DNA of 64,000 nt from Gammaproteobacteria bacterium (GCA_965213995.1 OZ243929.1:92134-156133); one strand, 5' to 3'; positions 46,111-55,396 are shown, counted from the first letter of the stretch. The notes: generated by a model not told the origin, from the sequence alone. Numbers and translations: made by a program.

Positions 46111-47253
46111 CTACGCCAGCCGCCCCAGCCACAGCGCATCCAGAAAGGCTTCCCAGGGCATCACCTCGATGCCGTCAACGAGGCGGCGCACAGGCTCCAA
46201 GCACACCAGCACATGGCGTTTGGCGATGCCTTCCTCCTCAAGCGCCGCAAGTCCGCGCCAGTCGCGGGCGCCGACGTTGGCCTTCGCCTTCACCTCGACA
46301 GCAATGCCCTGAAAAACGAAATCCACCTCGAATCCCGATTTCGACCGCCAGTAACCGGGCGGGTCAAGCTGGCGGTAGCTGCAGTACGCGGAAATTTCCT
46401 GGTGGATGAAGCTCTCGAAGGCTTCGCCGTATTCGGGCGTGCCCGGCGCCAAGCCTTGGCGGCCTTGCAGGTGCCGCGCCAATCCGATGTCGAACAAATA
46501 GTACTTCGAGGTGGAAACCGCCTTGCGCTTGCGGGTCTCCGTGATGGCCGGCATCTCGCGGGCGATGAACGTGTCCTTGAGGATGTCGTAGTAGGCTCTC
46601 GCCGTGGAGGCCGGCACCTGGGCGTCGTTCGCGAAGCTGGCGAAGTTGACCATCTGCCCGTGGGCCAAGGCTGCGGCGCGCAAAAAGCGGCTGAACGCGC
46701 CAACGTTGCGTGCCGCCGCTTCCGCCGCCACCTCTTCTTTGAGGTAGTCGCCGGCATAGGCGGCCAGATCCTCGCGGGGCGCGTCGGAGAAATAGATCGG
46801 CGGCAGCAAACCGTGCTCCAAGGCGCGATGCAGGTCGAAGCGCGCCCCCAGCTCATGCCGGGTGAAAGGGTGCAAGGCGCGGGACCGGGCGCGTCCGCCG
46901 AGCAGGTTCACGCCCTTGCGGCGCAGGCTGCGGGCGCTGGAGCCGGTCATCAGAAAGCGAACGCCATGCCGCTCGATCATCAGATGCACTTCGTTGAGCA
47001 GTTCCGGGAGTTTCTGGATATCGTCAATGACCACAAGGGAAGTTTCGGGCGTCAACGCCTCGCGGATCAGCGCCGGGTTGCGCGAGAGCCGGAGAAAGAG
47101 CGCTTGATCAAGCAGGTCGTAAACCGGGCAGCCGGCCAACTGCTGGCGGATCAGCGTGGACTTGCCGGTCTGGCGGGGGCCGAATAGGAAGCAGGACTTG
47201 CCTGCCAGCACTTCCGCAATCTGGAGATGGCGCGGCACATCGGAATGGATCAT
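46111..47253 (-). CDS. AAA ATPase with DUF4143-type C-terminal domain (second, diverged copy)
   Basis: 380 aa. FLFGPRQTGKSTLIRQ Walker A, VVIDDIQKLPELL, C-terminal ..YWRSKSGFEVDFVFQGIAVEVKAKA. Confidence 0.8.
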   Translation of the reverse strand: MIHSDVPRHLQIAEVLAGKSCFLFGPRQTGKSTLIRQQLAGCPVYDLLDQALFLRLSRNPALIREALTPETSLVVIDDIQKLPELLNEVHLMIERHGVRFLMTGSSARSLRRKGVNLLGGRARSRALHPFTRHELGARFDLHRALEHGLLPPIYFSDAPREDLAAYAGDYLKEEVAAEAAARNVGAFSRFLRAAALAHGQMVNFASFANDAQVPASTARAYYDILKDTFIAREMPAITETRKRKAVSTSKYYLFDIGLARHLQGRQGLAPGTPEYGEAFESFIHQEISAYCSYRQLDPPGYWRSKSGFEVDFVFQGIAVEVKAKANVGARDWRGLAALEEEGIAKRHVLVCLEPVRRLVDGIEVMPWEAFLDALWLGRLA

Positions 47254-47546
47254 TGGTGATAATCAGCAGAGCTATTGCTGATAATCATGACAATCAACAG
47301 CAGACCTGTCAATCACGCGGACCCGCCCCGCCGCCGGTGCGCGGCTCAGGTTCGAAATGTTTCTAGATCCCGCACATCACCAAAATTTTGGTAGTGTATC
47401 AGTTTGACTTTTCCCTCCGGCTTCCGCTGTTGGTACTGTCTCAGTTTGAAAATCACGGTGGTGGCTTGGCTCGAAGATCGTGCCTGCCGGCATGGGCCAG
47501 CCGGTCCCACAGGCCGCCCCTGGCCTGTGGGACCGGCTCCCTTTGG

Positions 47547-48197
47547 TCAGCGGATGCGCACCCCGTCCTCATAGAGATGGCCGTCCGGCTCGTTATAGCC
47601 GGAGGGCAGGCTGCGGCCGCAGCCCTCGCCACTCGACAAGAAGCTGCTGTTGCGGGTTTTCCTGACTGCATACGGCTTGGGGTTGCTCCTAATTTCATCA
47701 ACCCAGATGGCCATCATGCCGCTGCCGATGTTCCCGCCAAAGCCCTTGATCACGGCTCCGGTCCTGGGCCGGATATCCAGGGTGAGGTCCCGGTTCAAGG
47801 CTCCGGTTCCAAACGTGGCATAACCGCCTTCTCGACTCGGGGCGAGATTTTGCCACGCTCCACCCTCGCGCCGCCATTCCAGCTGGTTCCATTCAGTGGA
47901 TGGCTGGGTTTTGACTTCAATTCTGACGGTTGATCCGCCAAAGTCTCTGAAGGCGACGGCGGGATTGGTGGACGACAGGCGCAGATGCCAGCGCAAGTGG
48001 TCGCCGCCGCAGCCGCCCACGTGGTAGCCGTTGATGTTGCCGGTGACGGAGATCGTGCATGTTCCAGTTGTGCAGGCGTTCTGCGCCATCACCGCCGATG
48101 GCAGGGCCAGCGTCAGGGCCGCCAATGCGACGATGAGCGCTGTCCGGTGTCCAAGATGTGTTTTGTTCTGGGGGGGGGGGGGGGTGGAGCGGATCAT
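47547..48197 (-). CDS. Secreted protein of unknown function with an N-terminal poly-Pro tract
   Basis: 216 aa. MIRST-PPPP-QNKTHLGHRTALIVALAALTLALPSAVMA|QNACTTGTC... has a signal-peptide-like h-region and an AxA site. The C15 tract occupies codons 5-10. Confidence 0.6.
   Translation of the reverse strand: MIRSTPPPPQNKTHLGHRTALIVALAALTLALPSAVMAQNACTTGTCTISVTGNINGYHVGGCGGDHLRWHLRLSSTNPAVAFRDFGGSTVRIEVKTQPSTEWNQLEWRREGGAWQNLAPSREGGYATFGTGALNRDLTLDIRPRTGAVIKGFGGNIGSGMMAIWVDEIRSNPKPYAVRKTRNSSFLSSGEGCGRSLPSGYNEPDGHLYEDGVRIR
48170..48184. repeat. Homopolymer G15 (C15 on the coding strand)
   Basis: ttctGGGGGGGGGGGGGGGtggagcggatcat. Confidence 0.9.
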
Positions 48198-48317
48198 GGG
48201 GTTGTCTCCAATTGGTGAGAGCTCTCATTATACCGCCTTTGCCGTCGGAGTGAATTTCAAACTGATGCACTACCAAAGTTTTGCGATTCGAGGTAACTTG
48301 GGGTAACTTCGGTATAA

Positions 48318-49493
48318 ATGGATGCCCGAACCAACCCTTACGCCCCCGGAGCCGGCGCCCCCCCGCCCGAGCTGGCCGGACGCGATGAACTCATCGACGA
48401 GGCCGCCATTGCCTTGGATCGGATACGCAATGGCTTGGCGGCCAAGAGCCTGCTCATGGTGGGGCTCCGCGGCGTGGGCAAAACCGTGCTCTTGAACCGC
48501 ATCTTCCGGGATGCGGAATGCCGGGGCTTCACCACGCTCCTGCTCGAAGCGCCGGAAGGGCGCTCGCTGCCCGGCTTGCTGGCCGCGCCGCTGCACAGCG
48601 CCCTTGCGAAGATGAGCCGCCGTGCCGCTGCCGGCGATGCCGCAAGGCGGGCGCTCCGGGCGCTTGCCGGATTTGCGCGCGCCATGAAGGTCAATTTCGG
48701 CGACATCAGCATCGGCATCGATATCGAGGCAGAGCCGGGGTTTGCGGACAGCGGCCACTTGGACTTCGACCTGAGCGATCTGCTCGCTGCGGTGGGCGAA
48801 GCCGCAAAGGACCAGAACACCGCGTTCGCACTGTTTATCGACGAACTGCAATACGTTGAGGAAAGCCAGCTTGCCGCCTTGATCGCCGCCCTTCACCGCG
48901 CCGCCCAACGGCAACTCCCCGTCACGCTCATTGGCGCCGGGCTGCCCCAACTCGTAGCCCACGCGGCCGCCGCGAAATCATACGCCGAAAGATTGTTCCG
49001 CTTTCCCGAAATAGGCCCGCTGCCCGAGGATGCGGCCCGACACGCCCTTGAAGCGCCCGCCAGGAAGCGGAATGTGCTTTTTCATCCCGATGCCCTTTCG
49101 GCGATCGTGCGGCGCACGCAAGGCTATCCCTACTTCCTTCAAGAATGGGGCAAGCACAGTTGGGATTGCGCCGAGGCATCCCCGATCACAGCGCAAGATG
49201 TCGATGCGGCCACGGCGCAAGCCACCGCGGAACTGGATGCCAGCTTCTTCCGCGCCCGTTTTGATCGGCTGGCCCCGTCGGAAAAGCGCTATTTGCGGGC
49301 TATGGCGGAGCTGGGTCCGGGGCCGCACCGTTCGGGGGAAATCAGCGGGATGCTCGCCAAGGGCGTGGCAGTCGTCGCGCCGACTCGCGCCAAGCTCATC
49401 GCAAAAGGCATGATCCACAGTCCCGCCCACGGCGACACCGGCTTTACCGTGCCGCTGTTCGACGAATTCCTGCGGCGGGTGCTGCGGGATTGA
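48318..49493 (+). CDS. P-loop ATPase (Orc1/Arch_ATPase-like)
   Basis: 391 aa. LLMVGLRGVGKTVLLN Walker A, FALFIDELQY Walker B. Its stop overlaps the next ORF start (TTGA). Confidence 0.65.
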   Translation: MDARTNPYAPGAGAPPPELAGRDELIDEAAIALDRIRNGLAAKSLLMVGLRGVGKTVLLNRIFRDAECRGFTTLLLEAPEGRSLPGLLAAPLHSALAKMSRRAAAGDAARRALRALAGFARAMKVNFGDISIGIDIEAEPGFADSGHLDFDLSDLLAAVGEAAKDQNTAFALFIDELQYVEESQLAALIAALHRAAQRQLPVTLIGAGLPQLVAHAAAAKSYAERLFRFPEIGPLPEDAARHALEAPARKRNVLFHPDALSAIVRRTQGYPYFLQEWGKHSWDCAEASPITAQDVDAATAQATAELDASFFRARFDRLAPSEKRYLRAMAELGPGPHRSGEISGMLAKGVAVVAPTRAKLIAKGMIHSPAHGDTGFTVPLFDEFLRRVLRD

Positions 49494-50464
49494 CTCGCAA
49501 GCCTTTGCGAGCGGCGTCCGCGCCCGGGAGCGCTTCGGAGCAGCCGTTGCGCCATTACCAGGGCTACGGCCTGCGCTTGGAGTCGAGCGTCGATTTGCCG
49601 TGGCCCGCCGCCGCGCCGTGCCCCGGTGACGAAGCGGATCTGTCCGTTCGCGGCGGGGCGGTGCCGCAGGCGCTCGCATCGCCGGCGGACGAATGCGGCT
49701 TTTGGCAGACGGCGCCCGGCGCCCTGCTGCTGAATGCGCCCGGCATCGCCCGTTGCCTGGTCTGCGAATCCGGCCGGCTGATCCGCTTCGATCCGGCGGA
49801 GGACGGCGGCGGCGGCGCGGTGGCCGCGGCGCTTGAATCCGCGCTCGCCGCCTGCCTGCAGATGCGCGGCGTCCTGACCCTGCGCGCCAGCGCCGTCGCC
49901 ACGGCCGAGGGCGCGGCGGTGCTGGCCGGGCGCGCCGCGACCGGCAAATCGACCCTGGCCGCGGCCCTGGCGGACCTCGGATACCCGCTGTTGGCCGACG
50001 GCATCGTTGCCGTTGCTGTTGCCGGCAACGGCGGCGGGGCGCCGCGCGCCCTGCCCGGATTTCCAAACATGCGCCTGCAAAACCGCGCGCTGAAAATTCT
50101 GGACCCCTCTTGGCAGTCCGCCGCCGCCCCCCCGCGCCCCGAAACGAAAAGCCGCATGGTTCCCGCCCGCCGCTTCCACGGCGAAGCCATGCCGGTGCGC
50201 GCCGTTTATCTGCTCAACCGGAAGGCGGATGCCGAAATCGCATGCAAGCAGCTTTCCCAGACCCAGGCGTTCGCCGCTCTGACCGCGGCCACCTGCCGTT
50301 TGCGGTTCCTGCGCGGCTTGGGCGCCGAGCGCGGCCATTTCCGCGCCGTCGCATCCGTCGCCAAGCGCGCGCCGGTGGAGCGCCTCACCTGGCCTGCCGC
50401 CGCCTGCGCGCCGCCGACCGCGGCCGATTGGATGGCTCAACGCCTGCCGCCGCCGTGCCCTTGA
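49490..50464 (+). CDS. HPr-kinase-like P-loop protein, copy 2
   Basis: LRASAVATAEGAAVLAGRAATGKSTLAAALADLGYPLLADGIVAV parallels 40041..40949. The putative TTG start is uncertain. Confidence 0.65.
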   Translation: MTRKPLRAASAPGSASEQPLRHYQGYGLRLESSVDLPWPAAAPCPGDEADLSVRGGAVPQALASPADECGFWQTAPGALLLNAPGIARCLVCESGRLIRFDPAEDGGGGAVAAALESALAACLQMRGVLTLRASAVATAEGAAVLAGRAATGKSTLAAALADLGYPLLADGIVAVAVAGNGGGAPRALPGFPNMRLQNRALKILDPSWQSAAAPPRPETKSRMVPARRFHGEAMPVRAVYLLNRKADAEIACKQLSQTQAFAALTAATCRLRFLRGLGAERGHFRAVASVAKRAPVERLTWPAAACAPPTAADWMAQRLPPPCP

Positions 50465-51324
50465 TTCTGCTCGCCTCCTACCCCAAGTCCGGCAACACCT
50501 GGATGCGTGCGCTGCTGTCCAACTACCTGAGCGAAGGCGAGGAGCCGGTTTTCGTCAACGCGCTGGTGAACAGCCCCATCCTCAGCCGCCACGAGTTCGA
50601 CGAGCGGCTGGGGCTTGCGTCCGCGGCCCTGACCGACGGCGAAATCCTGCGGCTGCGTCCGCGCCTCAACGAATCGCTGGCGGCCGAAGCCGCCGACGCT
50701 GCCGTGCCCGTCTTCGCGAAGACGCACGAGCGCTTTCCGCGCCTGCCGGACGGGGCGGCGCTGTACGCCGAGCCGATGTTTTCCGGCGCGGTCTGCATGG
50801 TGCGCAACCCGCTGGATGTCGCCGTCTCCTACGCGCATCACCTGCAATGCGACCTCGACCGCGCCGTCGCAACGATGGGCGATGCCGAGGCCATGCTCGC
50901 GCCCGAGCGCAACCGCATCCACGCCGCGCTTCCGAGCCATGTTTGCGACTGGAGCGGCAATGTCCTGAGTTGGCTTGAGCAAACGGAATTGCCGCTGCGA
51001 ACGATACGCTACGAGGATATGCACGCGAACCCCGAAGCCGCGCTGGAGGCGGTGGCCGCTTTCGCGGGCTTGCGCCGCGATTCCGCCCGCCTGGCCCGGG
51101 CCGTGGACCACTCGCGCTTCGAGCGGCTGCGCGAGCAGGAGGCGCGCCACGGGTTCTGGGAGCGCCAGCCCACGGCGCCGAGCTTCTTCAGGGGCGGCCG
51201 GGTGGGCGACGGGCGCGGCGCGCTGAGCCCGGAGCAGATTCGGCGGATTGCGGACCGGCACCGCCCGGCCATGGCCCGGCTGGGCTACCTGGAGGAGGCC
51301 GAGCGCTTCCTCGCTGACTGTTGA
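50461..51324 (+). CDS. PAPS-dependent sulfotransferase (copy 2)
   Basis: The TTG start overlaps the upstream stop (TTGA). It opens immediately with LILLASYPKSGNTWMRALLSNYL (5'-PSB loop PKSGNTW) and continues ..RYEDMHANPEA.. An N-terminal scrap of a paralogue lies at 58362..58408. Confidence 0.75.
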   Translation: MILLASYPKSGNTWMRALLSNYLSEGEEPVFVNALVNSPILSRHEFDERLGLASAALTDGEILRLRPRLNESLAAEAADAAVPVFAKTHERFPRLPDGAALYAEPMFSGAVCMVRNPLDVAVSYAHHLQCDLDRAVATMGDAEAMLAPERNRIHAALPSHVCDWSGNVLSWLEQTELPLRTIRYEDMHANPEAALEAVAAFAGLRRDSARLARAVDHSRFERLREQEARHGFWERQPTAPSFFRGGRVGDGRGALSPEQIRRIADRHRPAMARLGYLEEAERFLADC

Positions 51325-51378
51325 TCTGGGCGGATTCGCTTTGACCGCCGCATTTGGCCGCCAGTCAACGGCCAGATA

Positions 51379-52338
51379 TCAGATCATGTTGTCGAAATAG
51401 GCGATGGTTTTCTTCAGGCCCTCGCCAAGCGCGATGGACGGCTCCCAGCCCAGCTTCTCCTTGGCCAGCGTGATGTCGGGACAACGCCGGACGGGGTCGT
51501 CCTCTGGCAGCTCCTGGTAGACGAGTTTGGACTTGGTGCCCGTCAGCTCGATCACCTGTTCTGCGAGTTCCTTGATGGAGAACTCCGCGGGATTGCCCAG
51601 ATTGACCGGCCCGGTCAACTCGTCGGGCGCATCCATCAGCCGCCGGAAACCTTCGATCAAATCGTCCACGTAACAAAATGAACGGGTTTGGCTGCCGTCG
51701 CCGTGGATAGTGATGTCGTCGCCCTTGAGAGCCTGGACGATGAAATTGGACACCACCCGCCCGTCACCGGGATGCATCCGGGGGCCATAGGTGTTGAAGA
51801 CCCGGGCCACCCGGATATTCAGATTGTGTTGGCGGCGATAGTCGAAGAACAGGGTTTCCGCGCAGCGCTTGCCCTCGTCATAACAGCCCCGGCGGCCGAT
51901 GGGATTGACGTTGCCCTTGTAATCCTCGGTCTGGGGGTGGATGTCCGGATCTCCGTAAACCTCGCTGGTGGAAGCCTGGAATATCTTTGCCCGGACCCGC
52001 TTGGCCAGCCCCAGCATGTTGATCGCGCCGTGCACGCTGGTCTTGATCGTCTGCACGGGATCGTACTGGTAATGCACCGGAGACGCCGGGCAGGCGAGAT
52101 TATAGATCTCGTCGACTTCGATATAGAGGGGGAATGTCACGTCATGGCGCATCAGCTCGAAATGGGGGGAATCGAACAGGCCGAGGAGGTTGTCCTTGGC
52201 GCCGGTGAAGTAGTTATCGACGCACAGGACATCGTGCCCTTCGGCAACCAGGCGCTCGCAGAGGTGAGAACCGAGAAAACCGGCCCCTCCGGTCACCAGG
52301 ATGCGTTTTTTATGGAGCTTATATCGATTGCTTGACAT
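51379..52338 (-). CDS. uxs: UDP-glucuronate decarboxylase (UDP-xylose synthase)
   Basis: 319 aa. [44 protein letters not shown]. Confidence 0.85.
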   Translation of the reverse strand: MSSNRYKLHKKRILVTGGAGFLGSHLCERLVAEGHDVLCVDNYFTGAKDNLLGLFDSPHFELMRHDVTFPLYIEVDEIYNLACPASPVHYQYDPVQTIKTSVHGAINMLGLAKRVRAKIFQASTSEVYGDPDIHPQTEDYKGNVNPIGRRGCYDEGKRCAETLFFDYRRQHNLNIRVARVFNTYGPRMHPGDGRVVSNFIVQALKGDDITIHGDGSQTRSFCYVDDLIEGFRRLMDAPDELTGPVNLGNPAEFSIKELAEQVIELTGTKSKLVYQELPEDDPVRRCPDITLAKEKLGWEPSIALGEGLKKTIAYFDNMI

Positions 52339-52561
52339 AGGCTAATCGTTCCCGCAATAAGGATTAATGTGGGCAATCAACCCCGTATCAACCCCGCCTT
52401 CCGCGCCCTTCGCTGCTGGTTGCTTCAATTCCAGCCTGAGTGAGAGTCGCTCCAGCGCGGGCGCCTACCGGCTGCGGGGCGCGTTTCCGCCGCTTTGCGT
52501 TGACCGGAGGCTAATCTTGCGGGTCGAAGGGCGCGACCAAGGTCAACCGCCGCCTTCAAGA

Positions 52562-52747
52562 TCAGGAAACACCATAATCTTGGAATTCCGAGTTGAGGGA
52601 GTTTCTCTTTGGGCCAGAGAATGTCTCATCTAGGCCAACCGTTTTGACGGTCGGCGGGTGCCAGGGACGTTTACGGGATTCGCCGCTGCGGTTGCCGGTG
52701 GAGTTGCGCCGATTCTGGGGGGGGGGGGGGGTGGTTGTGGTGGGCAT
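52562..52747 (-). CDS. Candidate lasso-type precursor peptide with N-terminal poly-Pro tract (type 2, in frame)
   Basis: ATG at 52747. MPTTTT-PPPP-QNRRNSTGNRSGESRKRPWHPPTVKTVGLDETF|SGPKRNSLNSEFQDYGVS*. The leader block is conserved with 57928..58126 and 63044..63235, the C-terminus is variable and the last residue is Ser. Part of track ORF 52562..52780. Confidence 0.5.
   Translation of the reverse strand: MPTTTTPPPPQNRRNSTGNRSGESRKRPWHPPTVKTVGLDETFSGPKRNSLNSEFQDYGVS
52717..52731. repeat. Homopolymer G15 (C15 on the coding strand)
   Basis: gattctGGGGGGGGGGGGGGGtggttgtggtgggcat. Confidence 0.9.
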
Positions 52748-53002
52748 GGCGGAAGAATCCTCGCTCGGTTCAGGGTTCACGAAGAGCCAATCATATCACG
52801 CGAGGGCATCCACGCAGCGCTCTCGGCAAGTCATCCGGCCTAACCGTGCGGCGGGCGGTCTGGCGCGGGACTCGGTGAAGGCATCGGTGGCGCGTGTCGC
52901 CGAAAGCCTGCGGGCCGACCGAGCGGGTCGGAAAATTCTCCGTTTGCTAATCGCATTTTCATTCGCATGTTGTGAACAGGTCAGTGTTTTCCAAAATGAT
53001 AG

Positions 53003-53302
53003 GTGAGAGGTTACACTTACCGCGTGATACTGAGCTTTCGCCACAAGGGCCTCAAGCTGCTGTTCGAAAAGGGCGACCGGAGAAAAGTGCAATCGGAGTT
53101 CGCGGATAAAATCGAGCGGATACTGGCCCGCCTCGAGGAGTCCTCGACCGTTGACAACATGGACATCCCCGGTTTCCGATTGCACCGGTTGAGAGAAAAC
53201 CTCGCGGGCCGCTGGGCGGTCTCGGTGTCCGGCAATTGGCGGGTGGTCTTCAGATTCGAGGAGGGCCGCGCCAGCGAAGTGGACCTGTTGGACTACCATT
53301 AG
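53003..53302 (+). CDS. higB: HigB-type (RelE superfamily) toxin
   Basis: ..VILSFRHKGLKLLFEKGDRRKV...FRLHRLRENLAGRWAVSVSGNWRVVFRFEEGRASEVDLLDYH. The true start is probably the in-frame GTG at 53024. Confidence 0.75.
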   Translation: MRGYTYRVILSFRHKGLKLLFEKGDRRKVQSEFADKIERILARLEESSTVDNMDIPGFRLHRLRENLAGRWAVSVSGNWRVVFRFEEGRASEVDLLDYH

Positions 53303-53314
53303 GAGCAATCAGCG

Positions 53315-53605
53315 ATGGCTATGAAGAACCCGCCCCATCCGGGCCTCTCCGTAAGGCGCGATTGCCTGGAGCCTTTGGGGCTGAACATCACGGGAGCGGC
53401 CAAGCAACTCGGCGTCAGCCGAAAGCAGCTTTCCGATATCGTGAACTGCCGTGCCGGCATTTCCCCGGAAATGGCCATCCGGCTTGACAAGGCGTTTGGA
53501 GGCGGCGCCGAAACCTGGCTGAGGCTCCAAGCGGCTTATGACCTGGCGCGGGCAATGAAGCGCGCGGATCAATTCAAAGTGCGGAGGTTGCGGCCGGCGG
53601 CATGA
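53315..53605 (+). CDS. higA: HigA-type antitoxin (XRE HTH)
   Basis: [77 protein letters not shown]. Confidence 0.8.
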   Translation: MAMKNPPHPGLSVRRDCLEPLGLNITGAAKQLGVSRKQLSDIVNCRAGISPEMAIRLDKAFGGGAETWLRLQAAYDLARAMKRADQFKVRRLRPAA

Positions 53606-54404
53606 TCCGGTAGCCGAAGTGCTCCAGCAAATCGGCGCGGCTGCCGAATACGCGGTTGAACGCCTCGATTTTCGCGGCGTCGAGCCGGTCGATTTGCCGG
53701 CGGTTCATGTTGGCGAGCATCTCGTCGTACATCCCGTCCTTCACCCGCAGGCGCTGGCGCAGCTTGAGGTCGCGCAGTTCGGGAACCAGCGCGCGGATCC
53801 GCTCCTCGACCTCATGCGGCGCATCGCACATGTCCTCGTAGGTGAAAAAAGCCCCCCGGCCGCCGTGCCGCTCCAGGTTCCGGCGCTGCAGTTCCATGCA
53901 GGCGACGACATGCCGCGCGGCCGCGGAGGGGAGGTCGCCGCCGAAGCGGACGGCCTTCCGGGGCTGGTTCCTGCAAATGCCTTCGCACACGGCGTAGGGG
54001 TTGCGCACCATGAACAGGAACTTGGCGTTCGGAAAGTGCCGCGCGAGCTCGTCCACATGCAGCAGGAAATGCGGCGTCTTGGTGTAGAACACGGAGGCGG
54101 CGGGGTCGCGGGCGAACGCCTGGAAGTGCCAGGCTTTGCGTGTGCGCGGCCAGTCGTAGGCGTCCGGGTCGGCCAGACGGCTCCGCCATTCGGGCTCGCT
54201 CCAGATCAGCCCGCCGTGCTTGAGCGTGGTGGGGCCGGCGAAGCCGAGCGCGAACTGGCCTTCCCGCGGCAGGTTCCAGGTTGCCTTGCTGGTCGCCATC
54301 GCCTCCTTGAGGAAACTGGAGCCGCTGTTGTTCGGCGCGATGCCGAAAAGGTGCGTGCGAACGGCGCGCTCGAGGTCGTGCATCGCCCCGTACGCCGCGC
54401 TCAT
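53574..54404 (-). CDS. Sulfotransferase-family protein (copy 3)
   Basis: ATG at 54404 overlaps the GT8 stop (ATGA). ..[18 protein letters not shown].. (P-loop-like), ..[15 protein letters not shown]... It is the C-terminal part of track ORF 53574..55349. The assignment is tentative. Confidence 0.5.
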   Translation of the reverse strand: MSAAYGAMHDLERAVRTHLFGIAPNNSGSSFLKEAMATSKATWNLPREGQFALGFAGPTTLKHGGLIWSEPEWRSRLADPDAYDWPRTRKAWHFQAFARDPAASVFYTKTPHFLLHVDELARHFPNAKFLFMVRNPYAVCEGICRNQPRKAVRFGGDLPSAAARHVVACMELQRRNLERHGGRGAFFTYEDMCDAPHEVEERIRALVPELRDLKLRQRLRVKDGMYDEMLANMNRRQIDRLDAAKIEAFNRVFGSRADLLEHFGYRIMPPAATSAL

Positions 54405-55396
54405 GGCGGCTTCCCCGCCTGTTCGCCGCCGCCAACACCGGCAGGCCCGCCGAAGGCGCGCGTCGCCAAGGCGGGCCAGGCCCGTCGGAGATGCGCGTCG
54501 TTCAGGCAGGCCAGCCACGCCTCGTGCCACCAGGCATAGGCCGGATGGGGGGCGAAAGCGGGGTCGCCGTCGGTCCAGCGCAGCATGGCGGCGGCGCTCC
54601 AGGGCTTGACCGGGCCGGTGAAGTGCAGCACCTTCGCGTCCTTCGGCGCCAGCCCCTCGCGCGCCAGAATCGCCTCCCTCATGTGCAGCGGATAGTTGTA
54701 AGTCGAACTGACCAGGCTTTGCCGTCCCGCGAAGTGCTGGTTCAGCAGGAACTGGTCGTTGGTGTGGACCGTGTCCGTGCCGCGCCAGGCGTCCGGCGCG
54801 ACCCGGCCCAGCAGCTCCGCGTAGGCGCGCTCGCCCGTCAGGCGCTCGTCGATAAGCAAAAACCCGGAATTGAACGTCCGCTCCAGCGCGCCTTTCGCCC
54901 CCGCAAGGGCGGGGCTGGCGAGCGGCTGGAACGAGACGGCATCGCGGCATCCTCCTGCCATGGACACGGAATCCCCGCAGCAGATCAGCGCCTCCCGGCG
55001 GTCGAAGAGTTCCCAGACCGGGCCGCGGAACAGGAGGTCGCTGTCGCAATAGAGCACCTTGCGGTAGCCGGCGATGCGGAACGCCTCCAGGCAGTGGAAG
55101 CTGGAAAGCCACCGCCGCTTCGCCAATGGCCAGCCGGCGAAGGCGGCCAGGCGGCGTCGCAGCGCGGGGCGCACCGGCTCCGGCCGCAGCGCCGGACAGG
55201 CTCGCGCCAGCGCCGCGCGGCGCTTGGCGGACAGTCCGTTGTGGAACAGCAGCATCCCGCCGCAAAAGCCGGGATGCTGCTGTAGAAACGAATGGGCGGC
55301 GACGATGGCGCCGGGCAGGAATTTCTCGGTGGCGGCCAGCGCGATGCAAACGTCCGCTCCGCGGCCGGCCGGGATGCCTGGCGGCTTAGAAGTCAA
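54401..55396 (-). CDS. Glycosyltransferase family 8-like
   Basis: 331 aa. ..VCIALAATEKFLPGAIVAAHSF.., ..VLYCDSDLLF.. (DxD), ..FNSGFLLID... It overlaps the cyclase-2 stop by 11 nt. Confidence 0.6.
   Translation of the reverse strand: MTSKPPGIPAGRGADVCIALAATEKFLPGAIVAAHSFLQQHPGFCGGMLLFHNGLSAKRRAALARACPALRPEPVRPALRRRLAAFAGWPLAKRRWLSSFHCLEAFRIAGYRKVLYCDSDLLFRGPVWELFDRREALICCGDSVSMAGGCRDAVSFQPLASPALAGAKGALERTFNSGFLLIDERLTGERAYAELLGRVAPDAWRGTDTVHTNDQFLLNQHFAGRQSLVSSTYNYPLHMREAILAREGLAPKDAKVLHFTGPVKPWSAAAMLRWTDGDPAFAPHPAYAWWHEAWLACLNDAHLRRAWPALATRAFGGPAGVGGGEQAGKPP

Noticed and set aside
46045-47187. A 380-aa plus-strand ORF exactly antisense to the DUF4143 ATPase
   Set aside because: The minus-strand product has Walker A/B and DUF4143 motifs. 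The plus-strand product has none and a biased composition.
48978-50440. 362-aa and 383-aa minus-strand ORFs antisense to the ATPase and HPrK-like genes. Likewise 55074..56648 (+) and 55585..57066 (-) over cyclase 2, 42099..42894 (+) over cyclase 1, and 27739..28452 (-) over the epimerase
   Set aside because: These are GC-driven shadow ORFs with poly-Arg/Pro/Gly translations.
52562-52650. An alternative lasso cleavage site after ..PPTVKTV (Thr -2 of 'KTV')
   Set aside because: The cores would start with G, E or N in the three copies and would include the conserved L-x-E-T block. No acidic residue would sit at core positions 7-9 in any consistent way. The ET(F/R) site fits the conservation boundary better, although it too gives a non-canonical acid position.
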